Shown here in pieces: positions 8,977-18,863 of a stretch of DNA of 64,000 nucleotides (the stretch's first letter is position 1; each line of letters starts with the position of its first letter). Origin of the DNA: Candidatus Hydrogenedentota bacterium (GTDB lineage: Bacteria; Hydrogenedentota; Hydrogenedentia; Hydrogenedentales; JAEUWI01). Position numbers and translations under genes: made by a program. The notes under the pieces are model-generated. The model saw only the letters and a list, made by a program, of their open reading frames with translations. It ran no database searches and was not told where the DNA came from. Location of the stretch: NCBI GenBank assembly GCA_034669905.1, contig JAXMOL010000004.1, positions 64,001-128,000 on the forward strand, in the 5' to 3' direction.

Positions 8977-10388
8977 GCCAGCAGGGCGCAGTCTTTGCAG
9001 CTCGGATTACTCTTGCACCAGTCTTCGTGTAATTGAAGCACGCCTTGTTGCCGCTGAAATCCGAAGCGGAGTTTATGGTCTCCCAGAATACGGGGCAGCA
9101 TGCGCTTGTAGATGTGGTTGTCGGGTTCCATGGGCAGGCGGTGGTAGAAATCCAGTATCTGTTCTTCCCAACTGCGTTGACCGGACGAGCGCGCCCGGGC
9201 CAGGGCGAGGGGCACGAATACGTTCCCGATTATGGAGCGCACCCGACCCGTGCCAACCGGTGCGGTGCGGACCTTCATCGCGGCACGGTCTATGCGATAA
9301 TGATTCGCCCAGAAGCCCATGGGCGCAGGAAAAAGTCCCTCGAACGCACGCCGCAACGCCACGGTGTTATCCGCGGATTTCCAATAGCGGTCCAGTGATT
9401 CGACCAGGCCATGGCGGCTGGTCCGGCTTACGAGGGCAGCGAGGCCCGCGATGCGCCGGCCCGGATAGTTATTGGGCCGCACCCCGGCCATTTTCCAATC
9501 CATTGCCAGGGGGCGCATTTGAGGGAAATGGCGTGCCCGAAGCGCGATGAGACGTTCGGCGTGGGGGGCAGGCGGATTCTCCCCGTCATCCGCATCAGGT
9601 AACAGATCAGCCAGGTAAAGCAAGGCGGCCTCCAGGAGAAAGGGTTCCTGATGGGCCAACTGTACGGCCCGGTCATAGGGGAGCGCCCGGGCCAGGCGCT
9701 CGAAGTGTTCTGTAAACCGACTATAGCCCAACGCACGGGCAATGAGTTCATAACTTGCCTGGTTGGCCCCAACGGCCTTGATGCGTTCGTGAATGTAGCG
9801 CGTCTTATTCAGCAAGCGCCAATCCCCAGAGAGGCGCAGAAAATCGGTGAGTATCTCGGCCTGGCCTTCTGCGACAAAGCGGTTGCAACTACCGTGACAG
9901 CGTGGCGCCAGATCAGGCGCCACTTCCACATCGGCCAGGGGCTTCAACCTGCCCCGCTCGATACGACACAGGGCGTCCAGACAAAGGTGGGGGAGGGCCT
10001 GGCCGGAAGCGGTCTCTACGCGGGTCTTCGGATCAGGCGGTGGATGGAGCAATACATGGAGCAACACCTCATTGTACCGTTCGTCACGATGGTGACCATG
10101 CTGATACCAGGCGGATTGCTCCAAATGAATTTCGACATCCCCCGTGTAGAGGACCCCGTTAAATTCGAGTTGGGCGCCCTGGAAGTCCGGGCCGGCGCAA
10201 TGGTTCCACCAGCCGGGTGAAAGGACTTCCACACGATGCCCTTCCAGGGTCTTCACGGGCCCGGCCGCTACCGCATGGTCATACCAGAATTGCTGGACCA
10301 CCTGTTCGGGGAGGCCGGTCTCCCGGTCTTCCCGCACCACGAAAGATCGGGCGGCATCGTAGGCTGCCAATTCGTATTCGATTCCCAT
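8940..10388 (-). CDS. DUF2851-family protein
   Basis: PGWWN..AGPDF, GDVEIH...W..HGH..D..Y..V.LHV, RPNNYP..R, IIGNVFVP, C-terminal CxxxxxCxxC. Confidence 0.8.
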   Translation of the reverse strand: MGIEYELAAYDAARSFVVREDRETGLPEQVVQQFWYDHAVAAGPVKTLEGHRVEVLSPGWWNHCAGPDFQGAQLEFNGVLYTGDVEIHLEQSAWYQHGHHRDERYNEVLLHVLLHPPPDPKTRVETASGQALPHLCLDALCRIERGRLKPLADVEVAPDLAPRCHGSCNRFVAEGQAEILTDFLRLSGDWRLLNKTRYIHERIKAVGANQASYELIARALGYSRFTEHFERLARALPYDRAVQLAHQEPFLLEAALLYLADLLPDADDGENPPAPHAERLIALRARHFPQMRPLAMDWKMAGVRPNNYPGRRIAGLAALVSRTSRHGLVESLDRYWKSADNTVALRRAFEGLFPAPMGFWANHYRIDRAAMKVRTAPVGTGRVRSIIGNVFVPLALARARSSGQRSWEEQILDFYHRLPMEPDNHIYKRMLPRILGDHKLRFGFQRQQGVLQLHEDWCKSNPSCKDCALLAYLDAQARRDAT

Positions 10389-10416
10389 CTATGGCCCCAC
10401 TGCGGTTCTGGTGATT

Positions 10417-12651
10417 TCAGTTGTCTGCCGGCCGCAGCTCCACGGCGTAGCCGTTCAACACTGCGTTTCCGGAATGATAGTCCAGACGGGTCGCATCCAC
10501 TAACTCATTGACGTTGGAGCCCGCGTGTCGCGCTGCCACTGCCATGCGGGTACCATCCACGCCGTGTCCCCATCCATGGGGCACACTCACCACGCCGGGC
10601 ATGATATCTTCCGTCACTTCGACCGTCACTTCGATTTGGCCTGTATCGGTCGCGATATGGGCCCGTCCCCCGTCCACAAGCTGTTTCTCAGCGGCCGTAT
10701 CGGGGTGTACCAGGACCGTACAGCGTTCGCGACCACGCACGAGACTGGGCACATTGTGCATCCACGAGTTGTTGGAACGGAGATGACGACGGCCCACGAG
10801 CAAGATGGAAGCATCGCCATTTCCACGGTGGAGCTTTTCGGCCAGCCCGGCAAGGTCCGACAGGAAGACCTCCGATACCAACTCAATGCGACCGCTGGGG
10901 GTACGCAGTATCTCTGGTAAGCGGGGTTCTAAGGGACCCAAATCAATGCCTTCGGGGTGGGCTTCGAGTTGGGCCAGACTTAAACCGTCGGCACGGTCAT
11001 CAAAGGCATCCCCATAGGGGCCAGCGCGCAGCATAAAGTCTACAATCCGTTCCGGCCCCCGACGGGAACCTAATTTCGCAAGGATTCCGTCGACATTCAA
11101 GTGAGCGATTCGAGAGGCCGGCTGTTTGATCTCTTTCTGTATGACTTGACGGAGCCCCTGTTCATCCAATTGTTCCAAGTCCGCATCCGGCCCCATGCCC
11201 GCTGCAATACCGATGAGTTGGAGCAAGACCTGCCACCCCGCGGGTCGGTCCGTCGGGGGCATAATCGCTGGCGCATAGCGTGCGAAATTGTGGACCGTCA
11301 ACTGGTTAAAAATGAGGTCGTAGTGGGGACGTTCCAACGGGGTAATATCGGGCAAGATGACATGGGCGTGACGGGTGGTCTCGTTCAGATAAATATCAAA
11401 GCTCACCATAAAGTCGAGGGAGGCGAAGGCCTGGTCCAGGGCGCCGCCGTCCGGCGTACTCAAAACGGGATTGCCACTTACCGTCAACATGGCTTTGATT
11501 TGTCCTGGGCCCGGGGTCTGTATTTCTTCGGCCATGGCGCCGCAGGGGAATTCGCCCATCACTTCCGGATAGCCACGGACCCGACTCTTTCGCCGTCCTG
11601 TAACGAACCCTTTGCCTATTCCGGGGGTTCCCTTGGTGTTAGTTCCTCCGTGAGCGACGCGGGTAAACATGACCCCACCGGGCCGATCCAGATTGCCGGT
11701 CAGGATATGGATAATATCCACCAGCCACGAGCTGATGGTGCCATAATCTTGCGTGGTGGTGCCCATACGGGCATGAATCGCCGCCGTCGGGGCGTCGGAA
11801 AGTTCACGGGCGAGCCTTCGGATGGATTCGGCATCTATACCGCAATGGGTGGCCACCTTTTCGGGGGTAAAAGGCGCGACGGCCTCTTTGAGTGATTCCA
11901 GGCCTTCAGAAAGCGTAATTGCCCCGTCCGCAACCACCCGCCCTTCGGCGAACAGGGTCTGCACGATGGCCGCGAGGAAGAGGGCATCCGTCGCCGGCCG
12001 AATCGGGAAGTATGCGTCGGCCATCTTGGCCGTTCGGGTGCGGCGGGGATCGACCACCACAATGCGGCCCCCACGACGCTGGATGGCCTTGAGCCGCTCG
12101 GGCAAATCGGGCGCCGTCATGAGGCTGCCATTGGATTCCAGGGGGTTGGCGCCCAGAATCAGGAGGTAGTCCGTGCGGTTAATGTCGGGAATGGCAATAG
12201 ACATGCCATCGCCGAATAGCTGTCCCGTAGACACGTGTTTCGGCATTTGGTCGGCCGTACTTGCCGAAAAGATATTGGGCGTACCCAGCATTTTGAATAG
12301 GGGGAAGCCATAGCTCTGGATACCCAGGTTGTGGGAAGATGGATTGCCCAGGTAGACGCCCAGTGCCTCTTTCCCATAGGTCTTCCAGATCTTTTTCCAA
12401 CCGGCATCGACGGCCGCGAAGGCTTCGGCCCACGTCACCGTGCGCCACGTCTCACCTTCTCGGATCATGGGTTCACGGATGCGATCCGGATCGTCCGCGA
12501 GCTCGTGTAATGCGACCCCCTTGGGACAAATGTACCCCCGGCTGAAGAGATCCTTCTCGTCACCGCGCACGGCAACAGGGCGCCCCGCATCCAGGGTGAC
12601 CTGGACGCCACAGGTGGCTTCACAGAGGGGGCAGATAGTACGCATGACCAT
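10417..12651 (-). CDS. Molybdopterin (bis-MGD) oxidoreductase with N-terminal 4Fe-4S cluster, cytoplasmic
   Basis: CPLCEATCG...CPKG, GANP..SNG, VDPRRT, GNLDRPGG, NETTRHA, VHPDTA, PHGWGH. No Tat signal. Confidence 0.9.
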   Translation of the reverse strand: MVMRTICPLCEATCGVQVTLDAGRPVAVRGDEKDLFSRGYICPKGVALHELADDPDRIREPMIREGETWRTVTWAEAFAAVDAGWKKIWKTYGKEALGVYLGNPSSHNLGIQSYGFPLFKMLGTPNIFSASTADQMPKHVSTGQLFGDGMSIAIPDINRTDYLLILGANPLESNGSLMTAPDLPERLKAIQRRGGRIVVVDPRRTRTAKMADAYFPIRPATDALFLAAIVQTLFAEGRVVADGAITLSEGLESLKEAVAPFTPEKVATHCGIDAESIRRLARELSDAPTAAIHARMGTTTQDYGTISSWLVDIIHILTGNLDRPGGVMFTRVAHGGTNTKGTPGIGKGFVTGRRKSRVRGYPEVMGEFPCGAMAEEIQTPGPGQIKAMLTVSGNPVLSTPDGGALDQAFASLDFMVSFDIYLNETTRHAHVILPDITPLERPHYDLIFNQLTVHNFARYAPAIMPPTDRPAGWQVLLQLIGIAAGMGPDADLEQLDEQGLRQVIQKEIKQPASRIAHLNVDGILAKLGSRRGPERIVDFMLRAGPYGDAFDDRADGLSLAQLEAHPEGIDLGPLEPRLPEILRTPSGRIELVSEVFLSDLAGLAEKLHRGNGDASILLVGRRHLRSNNSWMHNVPSLVRGRERCTVLVHPDTAAEKQLVDGGRAHIATDTGQIEVTVEVTEDIMPGVVSVPHGWGHGVDGTRMAVAARHAGSNVNELVDATRLDYHSGNAVLNGYAVELRPADN

Positions 12652-12759
12652 TATCTCCAGAGCTGCGCCGCATCAAACAGATGATGTGCCGGTTAGCGCA
12701 ATGGTACTATACGGCTTTTCGGGGCACAAATTGATACATTCGACGGAAGGAAGCATGCT

Positions 12760-13740
12760 ATGGAATACAATCGACTGGGAAAAACAGGCCTCCTTGTTTC
12801 AGAACTTTGCCTGGGCACCATGACCTTTGGCAATGAAGCCGATGAAAAAACTTCGCAGGGCCTCATGGAAGCCGCCCTGGAAGCAGGTATCAACTTTTTC
12901 GATGCGGCACACAATTACAACCTGGGCAAAACCGAAGAGATCGTGGGCCGCTGGATAGGCCCCCACCGGGATCAGATTATTCTCACCTCCAAGGTGTTCT
13001 TTCCGTCGGGCGGGGGCATGAACGATGAGGGCATGTCGCGCCGCAATCTCATTCGCTCGGTCGAAAAGTCACTCCAGCGACTCAAGACCGATTATCTCGA
13101 CATCGTGTATTTGCACCATTGGGACGACAATGCGGCCATCGAGCAGTCCATGGCCGCCATGAACACCCTGGTCGAGCAGGGCAAGGTCCACTATGTGGGT
13201 GTCTCCAACTTTTCCGCGTGGCAGACCATGCGGGCCCAGGCGGTCGCAGAGCAACGCAACTATGCGCCCATTTCCGTGGTCCAGCCCATGTACAGTCTCG
13301 TAAAACGGCAGGTCGAAGTAGAAATCCTGCCCATGGCGGAATACGAAGGCTTTGCCGTGGTGCCCTACAACGCCTTGGGCGCAGGATTGCTTACCGGCAA
13401 ATATCTGGAGGGCGGTACGGGACGGCTCGACGAAGCGGCCATGTATAAGCAGCGCTATGACAACGCCCAATATGTAGAGATTACGAAGAAGTTCGTCGCC
13501 CACGCGAAGGAGAAGGGGGTGTCACCCGCCGCACTGGCCCTGGCCTGGGTGAATAGCCATCCCCTGGTGAATTCCGCCATCTTTGGTGCCCGCAATCTGG
13601 ATCAGTTCAAGAACACCCTGACCTGTCTGGATCACAAGCTCAGTTTGGAAGAGCGCAGGGCCGTATCCGCCCTGTCCATTGACCCACCCCGGGCCACCGA
13701 CCGGGAGTCCATGGACGCCATGAAACAGCGGGGTTGGTAA
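12760..13740 (+). CDS. Aldo/keto reductase
   Basis: LGKTGL.VS.LCLGTMTFG, FFDAAHNY, SLQRLKTDYLDIVYLH, GVSNF, GLLTGKY. Confidence 0.9.
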   Translation: MEYNRLGKTGLLVSELCLGTMTFGNEADEKTSQGLMEAALEAGINFFDAAHNYNLGKTEEIVGRWIGPHRDQIILTSKVFFPSGGGMNDEGMSRRNLIRSVEKSLQRLKTDYLDIVYLHHWDDNAAIEQSMAAMNTLVEQGKVHYVGVSNFSAWQTMRAQAVAEQRNYAPISVVQPMYSLVKRQVEVEILPMAEYEGFAVVPYNALGAGLLTGKYLEGGTGRLDEAAMYKQRYDNAQYVEITKKFVAHAKEKGVSPAALALAWVNSHPLVNSAIFGARNLDQFKNTLTCLDHKLSLEERRAVSALSIDPPRATDRESMDAMKQRGW

Positions 13741-13771
13741 CCGTCCACCACGGCAAATCCATCAAAATAAA

Positions 13772-13810
13772 GACGCGGCCCCGTAGGCCATTACGGGGCC
13801 GCGTCGTTTT
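13772..13810. terminator. Bidirectional intrinsic terminator
   Basis: Perfect 14-bp stem GACGCGGCCCCGTA / TACGGGGCCGCGTC with an A-rich 5' flank and GTTTT 3' flank, between convergent genes. Confidence 0.85.
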
Positions 13811-13824
13811 AGTGCGTTGCAACT

Positions 13825-14940
13825 TTACAGCTGGGTCGCGCCCCGCTCGCCCAATGCCTGTACCGCCTTCTTCACGTCTTCCGTTCGCTCTTTGGGGACC
13901 ACCAGCACGGCGTCTTTTGTGGCGACCACGACCACGTCGGTCATGCCTACCACGGCCACGGCCCGTTTCTCCGCGCCCTCATCGTTGTAGACGATACATC
14001 CCGTACTGTCGATGAGGACCGGGTCACCGTTAATGACATTGCCGTTTTCGTCATCATTACCAGCACGGTCAAGGGCTGACCACGTGCCGATGTCATCCCA
14101 TGGGAAGGTGGCGTTAATCATGACCACCCGCTCCGCTTTCTCCATCAGCGCATAGTCGATGGAGATGCCTTTAAGATCGTTGAACACCGAATTGACGGTC
14201 GCTTCGTCATTGGCCGACATGGCGGTGGCCATGGCATGAATGGCCTTGCCATAGGCCGGGTCTGCTTTTTCGAACTGACTGACAAAGGTGCCCACACTCC
14301 AGAAGAACATACCGCTGTTCCAGAAGTAATTGCCTTCGGACACATACTGCTCCGCCACGTCTTTCGGGGGCTTCTCTTTGAAAGAAGTCACGGGAAAGGC
14401 CTGCGGGGTGCTGTCCAATTCCGCGGTGCCGTCGGGAAGGGAGGCCTGAATATACCCGAAGCCCGTAGAGGGCCGCGTGGGGGGGATACCAATCGTGCCC
14501 AGGGCTGGCTCCGATTCCACCGTCTCCAGCGCTTTGCTCAGGGTAGCGATGAATTGTTCGGGTGCACCAATGCGATGGTCCGCCGTTACGACCGCCATGC
14601 TGATTCCGGACCCGTCATTCTTGTAGCGGGCCATCATGTAGGCAGCGGCATAGGCAAGACAGCCCGCCGTATTACGTCGGCACGGTTCGGCGATAATGTT
14701 GGCCTCGGGAATACCCAGGGCGGCGGCCCGAATGGCGGGTACCAGCTCAGGGCTGGTCTGGACGTAGATGTGTTCCGCAGGGATCAGGGGCATCAGACGA
14801 TTGACTGCCTCGTGCAGCATGGTATCGGTGGGGCTCGTGAGGCGCAGTAGCTGTTTCGGGTTTAGACGACGGGATACCGGCCAGAACCGTTCGCCAGAAC
14901 CTCCGGCCATGATTACGGCGACACGTTGATGGGAAGACAT
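13825..14940 (-). CDS. manC: Mannose-1-phosphate guanylyltransferase
   Basis: IMAGGSGERFWPVSR..PKQ, EP..RNTA, ADH, FKEKP, WNSGMF, SIDYALMEK, WDDIGTW. Confidence 0.9.
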   Translation of the reverse strand: MSSHQRVAVIMAGGSGERFWPVSRRLNPKQLLRLTSPTDTMLHEAVNRLMPLIPAEHIYVQTSPELVPAIRAAALGIPEANIIAEPCRRNTAGCLAYAAAYMMARYKNDGSGISMAVVTADHRIGAPEQFIATLSKALETVESEPALGTIGIPPTRPSTGFGYIQASLPDGTAELDSTPQAFPVTSFKEKPPKDVAEQYVSEGNYFWNSGMFFWSVGTFVSQFEKADPAYGKAIHAMATAMSANDEATVNSVFNDLKGISIDYALMEKAERVVMINATFPWDDIGTWSALDRAGNDDENGNVINGDPVLIDSTGCIVYNDEGAEKRAVAVVGMTDVVVVATKDAVLVVPKERTEDVKKAVQALGERGATQL

Positions 14941-15189
14941 TCGGTAAAACTCCATTCTTTCTACAAGGCCCATAGGGATCAGGCCATGCAGACAGGGTTC
15001 AAACTTTCACGATAATGTAAATAGTTTACGCGAGTAGTGCGCCCGTTTGCGAGGTCATCGGAATGAATCGCTGATTTACCTGCGCCATACTACATCCGGA
15101 ATTGCGCTATTTTCTGCCTGAGTGGTAGGATACACCCCGTTTCAATCCCCTTATAGCAACGCGCGTTGCCCCGTGAAAGTATCCATCCT

Positions 15190-17076
15190 ATGTCCCGTGA
15201 TTCCCGTATTTTCTACCTCCTACTTCTACTCGCCTTCACCGTATTTGCCGCCAATATCGGTGGCTATGATGTGTGGCCACCCGATGAGCCCCGTTATACC
15301 GAGGTGGCACGGGAGATGGTGGAAAGCGGCGACTACCTGGTGCCCCGTGTAAATGGTGAGGTCTATTTCGAAAAGCCGCCCATGTTGTTCTGGCTCATGG
15401 CCCTGGCTTCCGTGCCGTTCGGAGAGGTCAATGAGGTGGCCGCCCGGCTACCCTCGGTCCTTTGTGCCGTCTATATTGTCGGCCTGACCTATGCCTTGGC
15501 GGCACGACTTTTCACCCGCCAGGTAGCCATCTGGGCAGCCCTCTTGCTCATTACCTGCTTTCGCTTCTGGTACCAGGCCCGCAAAGGGCAGATTGATATG
15601 GTGCTCACGGCAGAGATGCTCACGACCCTCTATGCCTTCTGGCGCTGGGATGAATCGCGTCATACGAAGTGGCTCTTCCTCGCCTATGGGGGTGTCGCGC
15701 TGGGACTCCTCACGAAGGGGCCACCGGCCCTGGTGTTCCCCGGCCTTTTTCTCATCGCCTACTATTGGGGCAACCGGGAGGGACGGGCCTCGACCCGCTG
15801 GGTGTGGGGCTTCCTCGGAGCCATCGCGGTGGTCGCCTTATGGTATGTGCCCGCCCGTATGGCGGGCGCCGATACGGCCGCAGAGGCGGTCCAGAGTGGG
15901 ATGGGTTCCAACCTTTTTCGCAACACCATTGGCCGTGCGCTCATGGGCGTCAGCAAGGCCCAGCCACCGTGGTATTACCTCAAGACCCTGCCGGTGGACA
16001 TGCTCCCCTGGAGCTTTATCTGTCCGCCCATACTGTATTGGGCGTGGAAAGGGCGCAAAGACAACCAGGCCATGCGCTTTCTCTGGGCATGGATCGGGCC
16101 CGCCCTCATCTTTTTCAGCGTCATTATCGGTAAGCGGGAACTCTACCTGTTACCCCTCTTTCCCGTCTTTGGGATTTTGTTCGCGGCCGCCATTGTACAT
16201 CTCAAGGAAACAGAGAATTACCGTTGGATGCGGCGTGGGGGGATGGCGTGGTCCGTCGTGCTGATAGCACTGGGATTTTCCCCCCTCGCACTGCCCTACA
16301 TCCCCTATACATTGGAGTCCAACCTCCATCTATACATCGTGGCCGGCGTGGCCCTGGTGGCGGGTAACGCGGGACTGTTCTACCTTCGAAAATCCTCAGG
16401 GAGCGTCGTTCCGGCGACCTTGGCAACGCAAACAATACTCGTATTTACCGTCGCGGTATTTACCGTGTTCCCGGAGATTGATACCTTTAAGTCTGCCCGA
16501 GACATCTGCGCACCGGTACGGCAATTGGTGGAGGAGGGAGAAGACCCAACCATCTATTCAGCCGGGTTCTCTCGGGAAGAATACGTGTATTATTCTCGCC
16601 ACTTTCATGAACCCGTATTCACCGGGCTCATCGGCGACATTCACCCGGACAATCTGCTGGAGCAAGCCAAGCTGCAAAAGAAAGCCCAGCGACTCATTCA
16701 GCGGGCGGTTGAAGACGTTCCACTTGCCGACCTGGCCCAACCTACCGAGTCAGAACGGAAGGCCCTTCGGGCGGCCATCGACGCTGCCGTGGCGGAGTCT
16801 GACGAGATAGAGGCCATCGTCCATTTCGAAGATGAACTGCGTGTGGAAGTCAACGCCTTCTTTGCCAAGCTGGCTGCGGAATCGCCGGTGTTGTGTTTCG
16901 TCCAGGAAGAAGATTGGCGCTGGCTGCTCGCCTTCCTCGAAGGAGAACAGCCAACGTCCATCATCACGGAACAGGGGGTCGGCAGTCGTCACGTACTCTT
17001 ACTGGCCAATGACGCTGCCGTGGAAGCCCTTAAGACAGCCAATTCAGAATCATCGAAATTACCGTCGGGCCGGTAA
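15190..17076 (+). CDS. ArnT/PMT-like (GT-C fold) membrane glycosyltransferase
   Basis: PDEPRYTEVAREM, YFEKPP, ARLPS, LTKGP, PWYY, KRELYLLP, many TM helices. Confidence 0.85.
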   Translation: MSRDSRIFYLLLLLAFTVFAANIGGYDVWPPDEPRYTEVAREMVESGDYLVPRVNGEVYFEKPPMLFWLMALASVPFGEVNEVAARLPSVLCAVYIVGLTYALAARLFTRQVAIWAALLLITCFRFWYQARKGQIDMVLTAEMLTTLYAFWRWDESRHTKWLFLAYGGVALGLLTKGPPALVFPGLFLIAYYWGNREGRASTRWVWGFLGAIAVVALWYVPARMAGADTAAEAVQSGMGSNLFRNTIGRALMGVSKAQPPWYYLKTLPVDMLPWSFICPPILYWAWKGRKDNQAMRFLWAWIGPALIFFSVIIGKRELYLLPLFPVFGILFAAAIVHLKETENYRWMRRGGMAWSVVLIALGFSPLALPYIPYTLESNLHLYIVAGVALVAGNAGLFYLRKSSGSVVPATLATQTILVFTVAVFTVFPEIDTFKSARDICAPVRQLVEEGEDPTIYSAGFSREEYVYYSRHFHEPVFTGLIGDIHPDNLLEQAKLQKKAQRLIQRAVEDVPLADLAQPTESERKALRAAIDAAVAESDEIEAIVHFEDELRVEVNAFFAKLAAESPVLCFVQEEDWRWLLAFLEGEQPTSIITEQGVGSRHVLLLANDAAVEALKTANSESSKLPSGR

Positions 17077-18454
17077 TGACCACCAGGAGGCCCGCAGCGA
17101 CACTGGTGACACCGCCCACGAGGAGCATATCCCGGTTCTCGATCTGCCCCGTGCCATAGGCAATGGCGTTGGGCGGGGTCGAGATGGGCAGCCCCATGGC
17201 AAAACTCGCCATGATGGCACACATGGCCGCGAGCACCTGGGTCTCTACGGTGGAGCTCCCCAGGCTGACCGCCATAGCGATGCCGATAGGCAATAAAATC
17301 ATGGTGGCAACACTATTGCTGATCACGGTGCTCATGGCCACAGCCAACACGCTGATGAGGGCCGCCAGACCGAAGAAGCCCAACCCTTCGCCGGGGAGTA
17401 CTTTCACGATCCAGGTGTCCAGTCCCGTGGACGTGATACCGTCCCCGAGGGCGATACCACCGGCAATGAGCATGAGGATATTCCAATCCAGGCGATTAAA
17501 GTCCTCTTTGGAAATCACCTGGGTAAGCGTCAGTACCGCGGCAGGTAAGATGGCCACCACGGCAGTGGGGACCCCGTGCCAGGACCCCGTGAGCCACAGG
17601 AGCACGGTCACCGCGAAGGTGGAGTAGACTACCGTGGCGTGTGCCGTCAGTTTGAAATCCTGCTCTACTTTCACCTCAAAGCGATCGCTACGCGGGTGAA
17701 ACAGTGTCAGGAGAAAGGCCCACATCACCGTCAAGGCGACCAGCATAAGCGGAAAGGCGAATGCCATCCACGTAAAGAAACTGATGCCAATACCGGCGTC
17801 TTCCAGTTGGGCCATGGCTATCGCGTTGGGAGGCGTGCCGATGGGGGTGCCAATACCGCCGATATTGGCGGCAAAGGGTACGGCCAGAATCAAGGCCTTC
17901 CGGAAGCGGTCACGGGCTTCTAAACGACTCAGAAAGGGTTGCACCATCACAATCATCATGGCCGTCGTCGCTGTATTGCTCATCCACATGCTGAAAATGG
18001 CGGTAATCAGCATGATCCCCCCGAGCACGGCCCAGGGTCGGGTCCCGAAGGCGCGGAGCAACAGGGCCGCCATCTGGACGTCAATCCGTTCTTTCTGCAC
18101 CGACTTGGCCAGAATGAATCCCCCCAGGAAAAGAAATATCACCGGGTTACTCAGGCTATTGAAAACGGTCTTGTATTCCATGGTCATGCCGAGGTCTTTC
18201 GGCACGGCCACCCACCAGGCCTCCAGGGCGATGACACAGAGACTGGTTGCAAAGAGGGGGATGGCTTCCGTTATCCAGAGGACGACCGCACCGGCAAATA
18301 TAGCCGCCATCCGCCGGGCACCTTCATCCATATCTTCTGGCATAAGCCAGTAACTCAGGGCCCCCGTCAACAGGGATAGGCCGCCCAGTGCCAGGTTCAC
18401 CCATACCGGGCGCAAGGTTGTTTCCACCTCTTCATTGGTTACTTCGTCACTCAT
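17030..18454 (-). CDS. SLC13/DASS Na+:dicarboxylate/sulfate symporter
   Basis: SMWMSNTAT, ANIGGIGTPIGTPPNAI, SNSVA, PISTPPNAIAY. Confidence 0.9.
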   Translation of the reverse strand: MSDEVTNEEVETTLRPVWVNLALGGLSLLTGALSYWLMPEDMDEGARRMAAIFAGAVVLWITEAIPLFATSLCVIALEAWWVAVPKDLGMTMEYKTVFNSLSNPVIFLFLGGFILAKSVQKERIDVQMAALLLRAFGTRPWAVLGGIMLITAIFSMWMSNTATTAMMIVMVQPFLSRLEARDRFRKALILAVPFAANIGGIGTPIGTPPNAIAMAQLEDAGIGISFFTWMAFAFPLMLVALTVMWAFLLTLFHPRSDRFEVKVEQDFKLTAHATVVYSTFAVTVLLWLTGSWHGVPTAVVAILPAAVLTLTQVISKEDFNRLDWNILMLIAGGIALGDGITSTGLDTWIVKVLPGEGLGFFGLAALISVLAVAMSTVISNSVATMILLPIGIAMAVSLGSSTVETQVLAAMCAIMASFAMGLPISTPPNAIAYGTGQIENRDMLLVGGVTSVAAGLLVVITGPTVISMILNWLS

Positions 18455-18536
18455 GGTCCACTACTTTCTGTTGCGGGGGAGATTCACGTCCCCAATCGTG
18501 CTACACAACCGAGCGTGCAGGCATTGAGAACGACAG

Positions 18537-18552
18537 AGCATATTCTATGCCT
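18537..18552 (-). promoter_or_regulatory. Putative sigma54 -24/-12 promoter of the DASS transporter
   Basis: Minus strand AGGCATAGAATATGCT (GG-N10-GC), about 80 nt upstream of ATG 18454. Confidence 0.6.
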
Positions 18553-18696
18553 GTTACGGGCTTCAACGTGTTTTTCCACTTCGCACCACCCCAAATACCC
18601 TGTAATGGCGACCGGCCTCCGCGAACGACGGGGGAGCGGGTAGCTGGTAACCGGTCATTACACAATCGCATCATGCGCAGATCTGGTCTTCGTGAT

Positions 18697-18708
18697 ACAC
18701 TAGTGTGC
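18697..18708. promoter_or_regulatory. Palindromic putative enhancer (UAS) ACACTAGTGTGC, copy 1
   Basis: Perfect palindrome ACACTAGTGT. The identical 12-mer recurs at 26271-26282. Confidence 0.5.
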
Positions 18709-18796
18709 AGTCCGGTCCTGCGCACCCAAGGGGAGCGCAAGTGTATTTGCGCCCATTATACGGGACGATAAACATGCCATGTCACAATTGTGCAAA

Positions 18797-18812
18797 TGGT
18801 ATGGGTCTTGCA
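18797..18812 (+). promoter_or_regulatory. Putative sigma54 -24/-12 promoter of the kinase/activator operon
   Basis: TGGTATGGGTCTTGCA (TGG-N8-TTGC, GG-N10-GC), about 50 nt upstream of ATG 18864. Confidence 0.7.
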
Positions 18813-18863
18813 TAAGTGACAGGCAGTAGAGTCCTACACCCCAACCCCACGAGGCCCACCGCG

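Noticed and set aside
17030..17076. Convergent 3' overlaps (47 nt here, 37 nt at 8940-8976)
   Set aside because: Ordinary tail overlaps in a compact genome; no sign of a functional antisense system.
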